Source of the DNA: a virus
Taxonomy: Duplodnaviria; Caudoviricetes
IMG/VR virus record: IMGVR_UViG_3300031414_000005
Length of the DNA: 64,000 nucleotides
Direction: 5' to 3' (one strand)
Shown: positions 35,559-45,269 of the stretch, one piece after another
Position numbering within the stretch: position 1 is the stretch's first letter
How the letters are laid out: the number at the start of each line of letters is the position of its first letter
Notes under the pieces: model-generated
Told to the model about the DNA's origin: nothing
What the model saw: only the letters and a program-made list of their open reading frames with translations
Database searches by the model: none
Translations under genes and position numbers: made by a program

Positions 35559-36713
35559 ATGTCTCGCATTGTCAGTGAAGTGGAAAAGAGCGGGTTTGGC
35601 ATGGAAGCCATTCAGGCGTTGTTCAATGACCTCGATCAGCGGTTACGGGTGGCGGATGGCTTGCGGGCCCTGGGGAACTACCAGGCACGGTTTGGTGAAG
35701 ACAGCAAGACCACAGGCTGGTATCGCAACCATGCGGGGCTGGAAGAGCTGGGTGAGGGATTGGAAGGGATTCAGTCTGCCTTGGCAGCCACCTGGGAATG
35801 GATCAAGAAAGCCCTGCGTGCACTGATCGCGTTAATGAAAGGGGTGTTTAAATCCCGCGGTGAACGCATTGACGAACTGGGTGCAAAAATCACCAAGATC
35901 GGCAAAGCCATTAAAAGTGGCACCGGGATGGAAGACGTGGCCACCATGTCACGTTCCCAACCGCGCCAGATTACGGTGGAACCCTGGATGGTCAACCTGA
36001 CCGCCGGTGAGACACGGGTTACCCCGGCATCCTTTGGTCGTGAGCTCAATGCATTGGTCACCACCATGAACGGTGTACTGGGTGCCTGGTTAAAAGGACT
36101 GAACGCGGTTACCAAGGTTAACTTTGATATTCAGGGGACGATCTTCGAAGCGGAGAAAAACCAGGGGAAAGCAAACCTGGCTGAAATCGAAGCAACCGTC
36201 ACACGGGGACTCAGCGCAGGGTTGGCAGAGGCATCCGTGGAGTTAGGCTTCCGACCGAAACTCATGGGAACATACGAGTTCGTGATTCCTGATGACAAGA
36301 CCAAAGGTGCGTACCTGTCTAAGAGCGGGGAAACCCGGTTGCGGGAAGTCTCGGTCGAAGACATGGCCAGTAGCATGAGCGCTATCAATAACGGCATCAT
36401 GGGTCTGGTCAATATCTTTGGCAGTCACGGTACCTCGTCGGGCTTCATGAAGAAACTCGAAACGGATATCGCGAACACGGAAATGAACATGAAACACCAT
36501 GAAAGTGGTGGCAGTGCGTTGCAGGCCAAGTACCATCGTCAGACCCTTCAGATCTACCGTTATTTCACTGAACAGTATGAAGCGTTGCAGAAATACGTTT
36601 ACAGCGTATTGGAAGCCGGCAAACGTTACATGATGCTCAGCTTTAAAAGCGGCACGGAAGAGTTGACTAACGACGACGTGCTGGACTACACGAACTGGGG
36701 TAGCTTGTTCTAA
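35559..36713 (+). CDS. Inner-head paralog 6
   Basis: 384 aa; GME and GLE x2; TWEWIKKALRALIALMK helix. Confidence 0.75.
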   Translation: MSRIVSEVEKSGFGMEAIQALFNDLDQRLRVADGLRALGNYQARFGEDSKTTGWYRNHAGLEELGEGLEGIQSALAATWEWIKKALRALIALMKGVFKSRGERIDELGAKITKIGKAIKSGTGMEDVATMSRSQPRQITVEPWMVNLTAGETRVTPASFGRELNALVTTMNGVLGAWLKGLNAVTKVNFDIQGTIFEAEKNQGKANLAEIEATVTRGLSAGLAEASVELGFRPKLMGTYEFVIPDDKTKGAYLSKSGETRLREVSVEDMASSMSAINNGIMGLVNIFGSHGTSSGFMKKLETDIANTEMNMKHHESGGSALQAKYHRQTLQIYRYFTEQYEALQKYVYSVLEAGKRYMMLSFKSGTEELTNDDVLDYTNWGSLF

Positions 36714-36717
36714 ATCA

Positions 36718-36744
36718 AGGGGCTCCGCAAGGGGCCTCTTTTTT
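36718..36744 (+). terminator. Intrinsic terminator
   Basis: AGGGGCTCC-GCAA-GGGGCCTCT + T5. Confidence 0.75.
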
Positions 36745-36792
36745 AACGGATGAGTGAATCGTATGTCCGTTTGAATCAGAGGAGTTAGGCCG

Positions 36793-38334
36793 ATGCCTAG
36801 ATACATTGTGGATATTCCAGAGGTCTATCGGTCGGTGACTCGCCCGGTGAATCTGGAGGTATCCCGCCAGCTAATGAAATGGTTGGGGTTGACCGGAAAT
36901 GAAATGATTGTCTACAACGGTGACAATGATTCGTTCCCCCTCCCCAATGCCAGCATAGATGACCAAGGCAGCGCCGAAGTCAACCGCCTGTCGTCGAACA
37001 ATAAACTGTTTATTACCACCGAGGAAATCGAATCCCCCCAAACCGGCTTTGAAGTTAACTACCGGAATAAAGCATACCCCGCTGTTTTTCTCGACGAGAG
37101 AACCCAAGTGTATGTCGCCCCAATTTACGCGCACGTCTTTGTGACGGTGAGTATGACCAAGCGTTTTCATTCTCGTAGCGAAGCCCTTCGCTGGCGTAAC
37201 CGGGTGGAATCGATCTTAAACCGGAATTTCATCAACCCGAACCACACGGTGCAATACCACTATCCGTTGCCGATGAATCTGCTCTACTTGCTGGACGAGG
37301 TGTGGAAACGGCGTGAGCGTGTGGCACCGTACGGCGAAGACATCAACACCTACTTTAAAAATCATTTCACGGATGAGATGACGGTGATTGCGAACATGGC
37401 CGGTACGGAACCGTTCTTTGCCATTCGTGAAACCCAGGCCAACATCATTGGTAACCTGGAGTTCACCCGCACCCCGTATCCGGTGAAAGCGTCAGCTTAC
37501 GGCAGTTACGAGTATTCCTTTACGTACCGGTTTGAGTACGACCGCATCAGCAACCTGTCGGTGGAATACCCGTTAATGGTGCACAACCAGTTCTTACCTC
37601 GTGAGTTGTTACCGGTGGAAGCCAAGACCAACTTCGAGATTGAACCAGGGTATGACATCCAGATGCAATACCTGCGTAAGCACTTGCACCCTAAAGCGGG
37701 TCCATTAGCGTCAGTGCCACCGGGCTTTTACGTGGAGCCGTATTTTGACAGTTGGTTAATCCCGCGTGAAGACCCGATGTTGGTGCCGCAGTATCAGACG
37801 TTGCTGGCCGTGGAAGAAACGAATCAGAAAACCATCCTGACCCTGACCGACCTCGGGGATTACCAGTTGTTCCCAGAGTTTCTGGATTATGTTCGACACT
37901 GTGGTAACCGGGTGTTTGTGCGACACAGCTCCCTTGTACACATCCAGGTGTTCTCGAACACGATTCCGATTGACAATGAGAAGCTCACCCTGGACCCAGT
38001 CACGACCAACGTGGACTGTTTGTTTGACATGAACCTGCGACATGAGTACCGCCTGGTGTTGAACCTTGACACTAACCTTGCGGGCCTCACCGCTGACGCC
38101 ATCGATGACCTGTTGGAACACGGGTGGTGGTTGCAGCTGATTATTGGAACGTTGTATCCCGGTGCAGAGAAAACCGATTGGTGGCCGATCCCGGATTCCA
38201 ATGGACATGTGAGTCAGGATCAGTGGGTCGAGATCATCAACCATTTCCCGGACTACACCACGGCTGGCGGTTACGAATTGAACTTCGTGTTGTCGCGGAT
38301 GTTGTTTAGCATTATTGCAAAGAGATCTAACTAA
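36793..38334 (+). CDS. Virion structural protein (neck/tail-completion candidate, gp98-like position)
   Basis: 513 aa; GAGGAG RBS; synteny after the inner-head array. Confidence 0.6.
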   Translation: MPRYIVDIPEVYRSVTRPVNLEVSRQLMKWLGLTGNEMIVYNGDNDSFPLPNASIDDQGSAEVNRLSSNNKLFITTEEIESPQTGFEVNYRNKAYPAVFLDERTQVYVAPIYAHVFVTVSMTKRFHSRSEALRWRNRVESILNRNFINPNHTVQYHYPLPMNLLYLLDEVWKRRERVAPYGEDINTYFKNHFTDEMTVIANMAGTEPFFAIRETQANIIGNLEFTRTPYPVKASAYGSYEYSFTYRFEYDRISNLSVEYPLMVHNQFLPRELLPVEAKTNFEIEPGYDIQMQYLRKHLHPKAGPLASVPPGFYVEPYFDSWLIPREDPMLVPQYQTLLAVEETNQKTILTLTDLGDYQLFPEFLDYVRHCGNRVFVRHSSLVHIQVFSNTIPIDNEKLTLDPVTTNVDCLFDMNLRHEYRLVLNLDTNLAGLTADAIDDLLEHGWWLQLIIGTLYPGAEKTDWWPIPDSNGHVSQDQWVEIINHFPDYTTAGGYELNFVLSRMLFSIIAKRSN

Positions 38335-39998
38335 TGGCAATCGCAAAGTTTCCCAGTGATGACGAACATCGTCACACGAACAAAGTTGAGCAACCTGCTA
38401 TTGAACCACCCAGCTACAGTTCCACGTTAACCGATGCACGGTACAAACCGCTGCGCACCCTGGTTGCGAACATGGCGGGTCGGTCCTGGTTGGTGGAGTA
38501 TTACCGGCAACTGTTAGGTAAAGACGAAGAACCGATTGCGCAGCAGGTCGGTGACCTCGCCCCCTATCAGCAGTACCAGCGTATTCGTAACTTTGAGTTG
38601 CGCGTCCAAACACCACTGACCCGTAACCTGATACCGAACCAGGGGGAAACCGAAATCAGCGGCGAAGCGTACATGCTGCCATGCGGATTTGCCCCGAATG
38701 TCGGTGACATGTTTATCACCGATGTCGGTGACGGGAACCTGGGGGTGTTTGTGATTCGGGGTACGCCGGAACCGATGTCGATGTTCAAAGACACCGCGTA
38801 CCGTATCGAATACATGATGACCAGCTACCTCAGCCGGTCATTGCGTGATGATTTGATCAAGAAGACCATCGTAGACAGCGTGTATGACCTCCAGAGCCTG
38901 CAATACGGTCGTAACCCGATCATTGGCAAGGATGAATACAATCGCCGCGAGTCGCTGTCTGAAGCGCGAGAATCGATGGTGTTCCATTACATGGATAATT
39001 TCTATTATTATCCAGAGCAAACCCTGGCTGTCCCGAATCAGGCGTTCCCGACGTATGACCCGTTCCTGGTGAGCTTTGTTTACCAGGCAATCGATTACTC
39101 GATCAAGACCCACGGTCGTCCTATCAGTCAGCTGAATACCGGGGATTACCGGAACTTCGGCCGAAACAATGATGCGACCCTGTGGGATGCGGTGATGCGC
39201 CGTGATGCCCGTGTGTTGCGTTATGCGTTGCGCTCGATGGGGATTGCTGGTCGGAAGTCATACCAGAGCAGTGGGTTGTTTAACTCCATTGCCAATTCGA
39301 AGTTTGAAAACGTGGTACGCCAGGCCAGTCGGGATTATGTCTTTGTGTTTGCAGACATCCTGACCGGGGTGAATGAACTGCACACCGATGTCGGGACCCC
39401 GTATTCACTCAGTCCGGGTGATGTGCTGTCCACCATGGTGCCGCGGGGATATGCCCCACAAGCCATTCCGGGTTACCGCATTCGTTACTACGAGAAAGTG
39501 GTTCACAATGACAAGGTGAAAATGAAGGTGGTGTATGAAGCCATCGACCCGACCGCCTTGGACCCGGAAATCGAAAGTTTCGATGACCTGTTGCAACCCA
39601 TCAAACTTAACCCCGCCCCAACCGCGGTGATTCCTGGGGTAAACCCCCCTCCTGTTGTTACCACCCCGGTGGACGGCAACCTGTATGACGACTTGTACCA
39701 ACCCATGTACATGATCGTGGACGGGGGCGACACTCGTCTGCTGTTCCCTGCCACGTTGTCGGTGAAAGACTACTACGTCCTGACCGCTGCGTTTTATAAC
39801 GGCCAGTTGTCAGAGATGTCGATTCTGGAAGCGCAGGTGTGGGACTTGATTCACAACCGACCACTGGACCATGACAAGGTGCAGATGTTGCTGGCCCGTT
39901 ACTATGACCTGACTGCCACGGCACAGTTCTACTACGGTCCGTTACTGATCACCCTGGCAGAAGCCGCCAGTTACCAGAACAATGCGGTCATGCCGTAA
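38334..39998 (+). CDS. Virion structural protein (neck/head-closure candidate, gp99-like position)
   Basis: 554 aa; PNVGDMFITDVGDG..GVF beta-barrel-like motif typical of head-closure proteins; 1-nt overlap. Confidence 0.6.
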   Translation: MAIAKFPSDDEHRHTNKVEQPAIEPPSYSSTLTDARYKPLRTLVANMAGRSWLVEYYRQLLGKDEEPIAQQVGDLAPYQQYQRIRNFELRVQTPLTRNLIPNQGETEISGEAYMLPCGFAPNVGDMFITDVGDGNLGVFVIRGTPEPMSMFKDTAYRIEYMMTSYLSRSLRDDLIKKTIVDSVYDLQSLQYGRNPIIGKDEYNRRESLSEARESMVFHYMDNFYYYPEQTLAVPNQAFPTYDPFLVSFVYQAIDYSIKTHGRPISQLNTGDYRNFGRNNDATLWDAVMRRDARVLRYALRSMGIAGRKSYQSSGLFNSIANSKFENVVRQASRDYVFVFADILTGVNELHTDVGTPYSLSPGDVLSTMVPRGYAPQAIPGYRIRYYEKVVHNDKVKMKVVYEAIDPTALDPEIESFDDLLQPIKLNPAPTAVIPGVNPPPVVTTPVDGNLYDDLYQPMYMIVDGGDTRLLFPATLSVKDYYVLTAAFYNGQLSEMSILEAQVWDLIHNRPLDHDKVQMLLARYYDLTATAQFYYGPLLITLAEAASYQNNAVMP

Positions 39999-40007
39999 GG
40001 ACAACCC

Positions 40008-40625
40008 ATGGATCAAAAGAAAATTGATCGGTTACAGGTGTTGTACAACATTGTGGAGAGCCGCACGTACCTGTGCGGCGTTGCCCCGATGTACCTGTAT
40101 ACTGAAGATGACATCCGCCTCACCGGGATGTATGGCAGCGGCAATGTGGAGCTGGACAGTCTTATTGACCAGACCAAAGTCCGTAAGGGACTGACCATCA
40201 TGCAAATGGTGGCGATCATCGACCGCATCAGTGAAGCCCGCGACCTGGAACTGTGTGACCTGTATAAGGACGCCATTCCGTTGTATGACGTGGTGCGTGA
40301 GTATATCAGTCTGTGGGCTGACATCATTCAGAATCACCCCAACGCCCGTACACCGCCGCTGGAGTTCTTTGAGCAGCTTGATAAGCTGGCCGAGTGGGCC
40401 TTTGCTAATGCCCGTTTGGTAAAAGCCATGCGACCCGATACCGCGCTGGATGAAAACGATGAGCAGTTCGTGCGTGCTCGCCGCCGTGTACGTCGTATCA
40501 ACATTGCGCGGGAAACACCGGTGGCACAAACAGCCACCCCGACCAAACGCAAAGTGGAACAGTACCAACCCATGACGGACTTGTTCTCTAACCGCATTCG
40601 CCGGGTGCAGCGGGAGGACGATTAA
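40008..40625 (+). CDS. Conserved hypothetical protein (gp100-like position)
   Basis: 205 aa; AAGGA RBS; coupled to the next gene. Confidence 0.65.
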   Translation: MDQKKIDRLQVLYNIVESRTYLCGVAPMYLYTEDDIRLTGMYGSGNVELDSLIDQTKVRKGLTIMQMVAIIDRISEARDLELCDLYKDAIPLYDVVREYISLWADIIQNHPNARTPPLEFFEQLDKLAEWAFANARLVKAMRPDTALDENDEQFVRARRRVRRINIARETPVAQTATPTKRKVEQYQPMTDLFSNRIRRVQREDD

Positions 40626-41950
40626 TGGTTGCGATCAGTTCCATTATGAAAGATGCGGTACGTATTGGGAAAACTGTCACCCCCAAGTTGGTGAAGGAGC
40701 GGGTTGAGTTGGTGTTGGGAAGCGGTGACACAATCCCGGTGTTGAGCGTAACAGCCCGGTATTCCTTAGAGGACTACCAGAACAAAATGACCTCGGTGGA
40801 GAACATCCGGCTATTGATGCCGGGTGGGACTTACCAGTCAAAGCTGTTACCTAACAAGGATGACGTGATGGTGTATCAGTACACCACACGGCGGGGGAAA
40901 GTGAAACTCAAGAAATGGCGGGCAGTGATCCAGGGATACGGGGACAAGCACGTGGAGGGGAACGACCTCAGCGAGGGAAACGAAACCGCATTGAACACCC
41001 AACGGCTGGAGGAAATCAATATCCAGCTGATGGAGCCGGCGGTGGAGAAAATGCGGGTCGTGGAAATCAGTGGGAACTACCAGGCCACCACACCGGAGAA
41101 CCTGGTCAACACCCTGATGGGGAGTAAGATGTTGGAGCTTGGGTTGAACGGAGCCGATAGCTTCCAGGGCATGGAGATCTACCCGTTTGATAATCAGACC
41201 CTGTACAACCAGTATGTGATCCAGCCGATCAAGTTGTACGACCTGCCAGGCTACTTGCAGCACCATGAACGTAATGGGGTGGGATTGTACTACACCGGGG
41301 TCGGGTCGTTCTTCCGGGACAACAAGTGGTTTATCTGGCCGCTGTTACACACTCGCCGGTTCAACAAGGTCAGTGACGGGATTACCATTGTGCGTGTGCC
41401 TCCGAAGCTGCTCCCGACGCTGGAAACCACGTATGAACTCAACGACGGCCAGTTGACGATTCTGGTGACGGGTGAAGGGAAGTACATCGACACCTCCAAC
41501 AACACCCACTACAACCGAGGGAACGGGGCCAGGGTTATTACCTCAGATTCTGTGGCCGGTGATACCGGGGTTATTCAGGACCGGGGGAAAACGTTAAAGG
41601 TGCGCAGTGAGTCGGTGCGTGAGTTTAAAACGGTAGACCGCCAGACCGGGGTAGACTATGCCCCTGTAGAGGAAACCGTCACCAACAACATCTATCGCAT
41701 CATGCAACGCAATGCATTAGCCGACGGGGCGTTCCTGCAAGCCAACTGGCAGAACTCCGACCCAAGTCTGGTGAAGCCAGGAACCCCGGTGCGCTACATT
41801 TATTCCAAAGGTGACACCATTGCGATGCGGTATGGCGTTGTGATTCGAATGGAAACCCACGAACAAATCGATAACGGCTCCAAGGTCGACAGTGTCTTTC
41901 ATATAGACACGGGCCTTACCTTGTTTTTGGAAAACGAGGACGCCACGTAA
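40625..41950 (+). CDS. Putative baseplate hub protein (gp101-like)
   Basis: 441 aa; GGAGG RBS; C-terminal PGTPVRY..GVV OB-like motif of tail hub proteins; synteny. Confidence 0.6.
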   Translation: MVAISSIMKDAVRIGKTVTPKLVKERVELVLGSGDTIPVLSVTARYSLEDYQNKMTSVENIRLLMPGGTYQSKLLPNKDDVMVYQYTTRRGKVKLKKWRAVIQGYGDKHVEGNDLSEGNETALNTQRLEEINIQLMEPAVEKMRVVEISGNYQATTPENLVNTLMGSKMLELGLNGADSFQGMEIYPFDNQTLYNQYVIQPIKLYDLPGYLQHHERNGVGLYYTGVGSFFRDNKWFIWPLLHTRRFNKVSDGITIVRVPPKLLPTLETTYELNDGQLTILVTGEGKYIDTSNNTHYNRGNGARVITSDSVAGDTGVIQDRGKTLKVRSESVREFKTVDRQTGVDYAPVEETVTNNIYRIMQRNALADGAFLQANWQNSDPSLVKPGTPVRYIYSKGDTIAMRYGVVIRMETHEQIDNGSKVDSVFHIDTGLTLFLENEDAT

Positions 41951-41999
41951 TCGGGTTAACTGGGGGCAGAGGGAATTTAACCTCCAGTTTCCATTACAC

Positions 42000-42015
42000 C
42001 TATATTACCGTGGTG
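42000..42015 (+). promoter_or_regulatory. Early phage promoter CTATATTAC-N4-GTG
   Basis: Exact TATATTAC core (phiKZ early consensus), heading an accessory cluster; TTTAA 20 nt upstream. Confidence 0.7.
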
Positions 42016-42067
42016 TAAGCAGTTAAACCTTTTCCAATGTTATCGACATATTTCTAATGAGGGTTTC

Positions 42068-42460
42068 ATGAACAAATTATATTTTGATCAGGTGGTCGGT
42101 AATATCAACCATCTGCAAAAGGCCCTCCTTGAGGTGGGTAATCTTGACGAACTCGACGAACGTGTACGCGATAAGTACACGTTGTTAATACTCAATGATT
42201 TAGTGTGTTCCAAAGAAGCATTCCAGATTGGGCCGGCATGGATTGTCATTTTGCTCAAAGCGTGCATTTCGGAAGGCATTATTAAGGATAAGCTTTCGCA
42301 TGTGCGTGCCTTCGTTCGCGAAGCAAAATATTTACTTCAGGATCACGACGGGGTGGATTATTCCCTCCGCGTTGAATACCTGCTCACAAGTGGTTTAACA
42401 ATGTTTGAAGAGGATTGGTATGAAAGGCAATATTATCGCGCTCGCGGTGTCGATTGTTAG
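42068..42460 (+). CDS. Early hypothetical protein
   Basis: 130 aa; GAGGG RBS. Confidence 0.7.
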   Translation: MNKLYFDQVVGNINHLQKALLEVGNLDELDERVRDKYTLLILNDLVCSKEAFQIGPAWIVILLKACISEGIIKDKLSHVRAFVREAKYLLQDHDGVDYSLRVEYLLTSGLTMFEEDWYERQYYRARGVDC

Positions 42461-42580
42461 TTTGTTATGCACCGAAGCACATGCCAGTTATGATGCACCA
42501 CGTGACGAAGGGTTCTGTATTAGCGACACACAGTGTGTTGCACTGGACGGTCGTCCTCTTGCGGTTCAGGGAGAGTCAAA

Positions 42581-42913
42581 GTGATTAACATTAAAATGCA
42601 GTGCGTGCCCGACCCGCGGTTGCTGGAGATCGTCGAGCAACGCTACGGGGATGAAGAAGGCCGGTTACCTACCAAGGAAATCCGCCAGATCACCCAGGTC
42701 GACGGCACGGTGTCGCGTGAGCTGTTCCGGGTGGGTAAAAAGATCCTGGTGGTCTTTGCGCCAAGCAAACACCTGGACCTCACCAACCACGATCCGGTGG
42801 CCAAACACTACCGTGACAACCGTGAGATCATGGAAGGTTCTCAGAACATCCCGTGGCAGGCACACTACGTTGCTGGTAAGTGTCTGATGGATATTTACGA
42901 ATACAACAAATAG
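42581..42913 (+). CDS. Early hypothetical protein
   Basis: ORF 42533-42913; GTG 42581 follows GGGAGAG RBS. Confidence 0.65.
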   Translation: MINIKMQCVPDPRLLEIVEQRYGDEEGRLPTKEIRQITQVDGTVSRELFRVGKKILVVFAPSKHLDLTNHDPVAKHYRDNREIMEGSQNIPWQAHYVAGKCLMDIYEYNK

Positions 42914-42926
42914 TCAGGTGTCGATC

Positions 42927-43334
42927 ATGAGCATGTTAAACTTCGCTGTTGTCAAAAATGTGGAAACCGGGGATTTCACTATCCTCACCGCGCCTCGCGG
43001 TTACAACTCGCATAACCACCAGATTGGTATGTACCTTGAACTCGCCGCCAAACTCGCCATGGAAGGTTTGTACCAACCCTCTGCATTGATGTTCGGGGAT
43101 ATCACCTGCAACTTCAACATGGCGGAGCGGGAAGGTGTTATTAAAGTGGGCCACACACCCGTGGCCATGATTTACACACGCCCAACCCCGGAGAGCGTGT
43201 CGATTGGTCAGGTGGGTAACTGGCCGATGTTCCTTGCCCCGTACCCGACATTGAGTGTTCCTCTGCGCAACCTGAAGCAACTTCGGGATCTCATCAAAGA
43301 CGCCGAACAAGAGATCATTTGGCGTTTCGTCTAA
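42927..43334 (+). CDS. Early hypothetical protein
   Basis: ATG 42927 after AGGTG RBS. Confidence 0.7.
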   Translation: MSMLNFAVVKNVETGDFTILTAPRGYNSHNHQIGMYLELAAKLAMEGLYQPSALMFGDITCNFNMAEREGVIKVGHTPVAMIYTRPTPESVSIGQVGNWPMFLAPYPTLSVPLRNLKQLRDLIKDAEQEIIWRFV

Positions 43335-43447
43335 TTATATAGACGATGATACATTGATCACGTTCTGGCTGGAGGTGTCGCTTAGCGATGCTTCCACCAA
43401 CACAGCATAATTCTAATATTAACATTCCGAAATAAAGGATACCTTGT

Positions 43448-43855
43448 ATGAAAAACGTAAACGAGCATAAAGCCCGTATCAAACAGGATCTGCTGGCAGC
43501 TATCCAGTGGATGACCACGGACCCCATGATCAACATGCGGGATCAGATGGTATTGTTTGGCGGCGAAGCATCACGTATGCAACCCACTGCGCCTGTCTCC
43601 ACGGTTCGTGGCAATATCTACATCAATGCCACCGAAGTCAAACTGTTCTTAAACGCCAACAGCCACGGCGACTGGGAACTGATGATGGATGTCATCCGGG
43701 AGTCACAAAGCGACTTGTTCGCGGCGTACAACCACAGCCCGCTGCGTGACATGACGTATATGTCCCACGGCCAAACCTGGACGGAATATCACTTTGCCTA
43801 TAAAGACAGCAATGTCGAAGACCGTAACGCCGCGCCCGTACCAACCTATTTCTAA
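43448..43855 (+). CDS. Hypothetical protein
   Basis: 135 aa; AAGGA RBS. Confidence 0.7.
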   Translation: MKNVNEHKARIKQDLLAAIQWMTTDPMINMRDQMVLFGGEASRMQPTAPVSTVRGNIYINATEVKLFLNANSHGDWELMMDVIRESQSDLFAAYNHSPLRDMTYMSHGQTWTEYHFAYKDSNVEDRNAAPVPTYF

Positions 43856-43870
43856 GTCCATGCTTAGACG

Positions 43871-43901
43871 GAGCCTGCTGCTGACGCGGTAGGCTCTTTT
43901 T
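43871..43901 (+). terminator. Intrinsic terminator
   Basis: GAGCCTGCTGC-TGAC-GCGGTAGGCTC + T5, followed by CAGGCAATT. Confidence 0.7.
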
Positions 43902-43929
43902 CAGGCAATTGTAAAAAGAGGGTAGCAAC

Positions 43930-44352
43930 GTGAAAGAGAAAGAGATGAAGGAGTGGGTGGCTGAACTCGAAGCAGGGGTGGAAGTACCCAAGCTCAGTCG
44001 TTCTGAAGTCAGTGCCTTCCATTTCAACCGTAATTCCCCGTTCGCCTGGGACATGGCGTGGTCGTATGTAGTTAACCGTGTGCGGGGCTTGAAGCCAATG
44101 CAGACGCGTAAGTACATGGATGCGCAGTTCAGTCCACGGCGCACCGGAGAAGACTTTCTGGAGTTTGGGTTGCTGTTCAACAACCCACAGATTATCCAGT
44201 CAGCAATGCATTCTGATGAGTTCCATCGTCAGTTGCAGCAGTACTTTGAACAGGTGACGATTACCGTTACCAGCTTTGAAGATAACAGCAAAACCAATGA
44301 CCCCGCCAAGCCGTACAAGTATTACATGGCGGTGTTGTTAACATTCGAATAA
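43930..44352 (+). CDS. Hypothetical protein (paralog of 44373-44762)
   Basis: GTG start with GAGGG RBS; 140 aa. Confidence 0.7.
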   Translation: MKEKEMKEWVAELEAGVEVPKLSRSEVSAFHFNRNSPFAWDMAWSYVVNRVRGLKPMQTRKYMDAQFSPRRTGEDFLEFGLLFNNPQIIQSAMHSDEFHRQLQQYFEQVTITVTSFEDNSKTNDPAKPYKYYMAVLLTFE

Positions 44353-44372
44353 TTCTAATAAGAGAGGTAGTA

Positions 44373-44762
44373 ATGAGTAAAGTAATTAATAAAGCATTGT
44401 TGGATGCATACCACGCTAAGTGCAAAGAAGAAGGTTCTTTTAAATGGCAACAGGTCTGGGACCATCTCCATGATTACCTGACCATGAAAGACTCAAACTT
44501 AATTAAAGGTTTGGGTAATGGTCAAGTTCAGGTGGTGATCAATAACGTAGCAACCAGTTATGTGACGTTAGAAGTTCGCCACAACGATCCCGAGTTCCCG
44601 GACTATACCACCGATGGCTTTGAAAATGCTCGGGTAGTGAAGTGTTATACAAGCAAGTCTGATAATCCTGAGTCAACGTACAAGTATGCCATTCATTTTA
44701 ATGTCATGCTGTTTGCCGAAGGCGAAGACCCGTACGAACGTGATGAACACGCAGTCGATTAA
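44373..44762 (+). CDS. Hypothetical protein (paralog of 43930-44352)
   Basis: GAGGT RBS; 129 aa. Confidence 0.7.
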   Translation: MSKVINKALLDAYHAKCKEEGSFKWQQVWDHLHDYLTMKDSNLIKGLGNGQVQVVINNVATSYVTLEVRHNDPEFPDYTTDGFENARVVKCYTSKSDNPESTYKYAIHFNVMLFAEGEDPYERDEHAVD

Positions 44763-44845
44763 CTTCCAGTGATAGAAACCCCTTAATACACCAGAGTCTC
44801 CGGACTCTGGTTTTTAACTGAATTTGAAAAGTAGGAACACAGAAC

Positions 44846-45205
44846 ATGAAAGTGTACAACAGAAAAGAATTCCTGAAACTCCCGGTCGGTACGTTCTTTG
44901 CTCGTCACGATGAAGAGAGTGTCGGTGTCATCACCAACCTGGAGCGTAAAGGAGAAACTACCCCCAACGGCAATGACTTCTACTACGGTGAAGTATTGGA
45001 TCTGGATTCGGACGACGACCACTATCATGGCTACCGTTTAGAGCAGGCCGCTTTGCAAGCGCGGCAAGAAGGGATCTCTGCGGAGGTACCGTTAGACATT
45101 GGTTGTGGTGGTCGTGACGGTGTGTTTGATGAAGATGAGTTGTATCTGGTCTTGAACAAAGATGAGATCCAGGAAATCATCGACATGCTGCAAACCGGTT
45201 TATAA
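44846..45205 (+). CDS. Acidic hypothetical phage protein
   Basis: AGGA RBS; 119 aa. Confidence 0.7.
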   Translation: MKVYNRKEFLKLPVGTFFARHDEESVGVITNLERKGETTPNGNDFYYGEVLDLDSDDDHYHGYRLEQAALQARQEGISAEVPLDIGCGGRDGVFDEDELYLVLNKDEIQEIIDMLQTGL

Positions 45206-45213
45206 GTTGCCTG

Positions 45214-45261
45214 AAAGAGGAGAGCCATTAGGCTCTCCTCTGATCAGTGTTATTTTTTTTT
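45214..45261. terminator. Bidirectional terminator
   Basis: AAA-GAGGAGAGCC-ATTA-GGCTCTCCTC, with a distal T9 on the + side. Confidence 0.85.
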
Positions 45262-45269
45262 GTTTCCGA

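Noticed and set aside
36746-36771. AACGGA/TCCGTT inverted repeat around a TATG
   Set aside because: Only 6 bp; compatible with chance
42454-42588. Possible 44-aa TTG-started ORF and an 8-bp hairpin in the gap between early genes
   Set aside because: Weak RBS and no supporting features; cannot be distinguished from intergenic sequence
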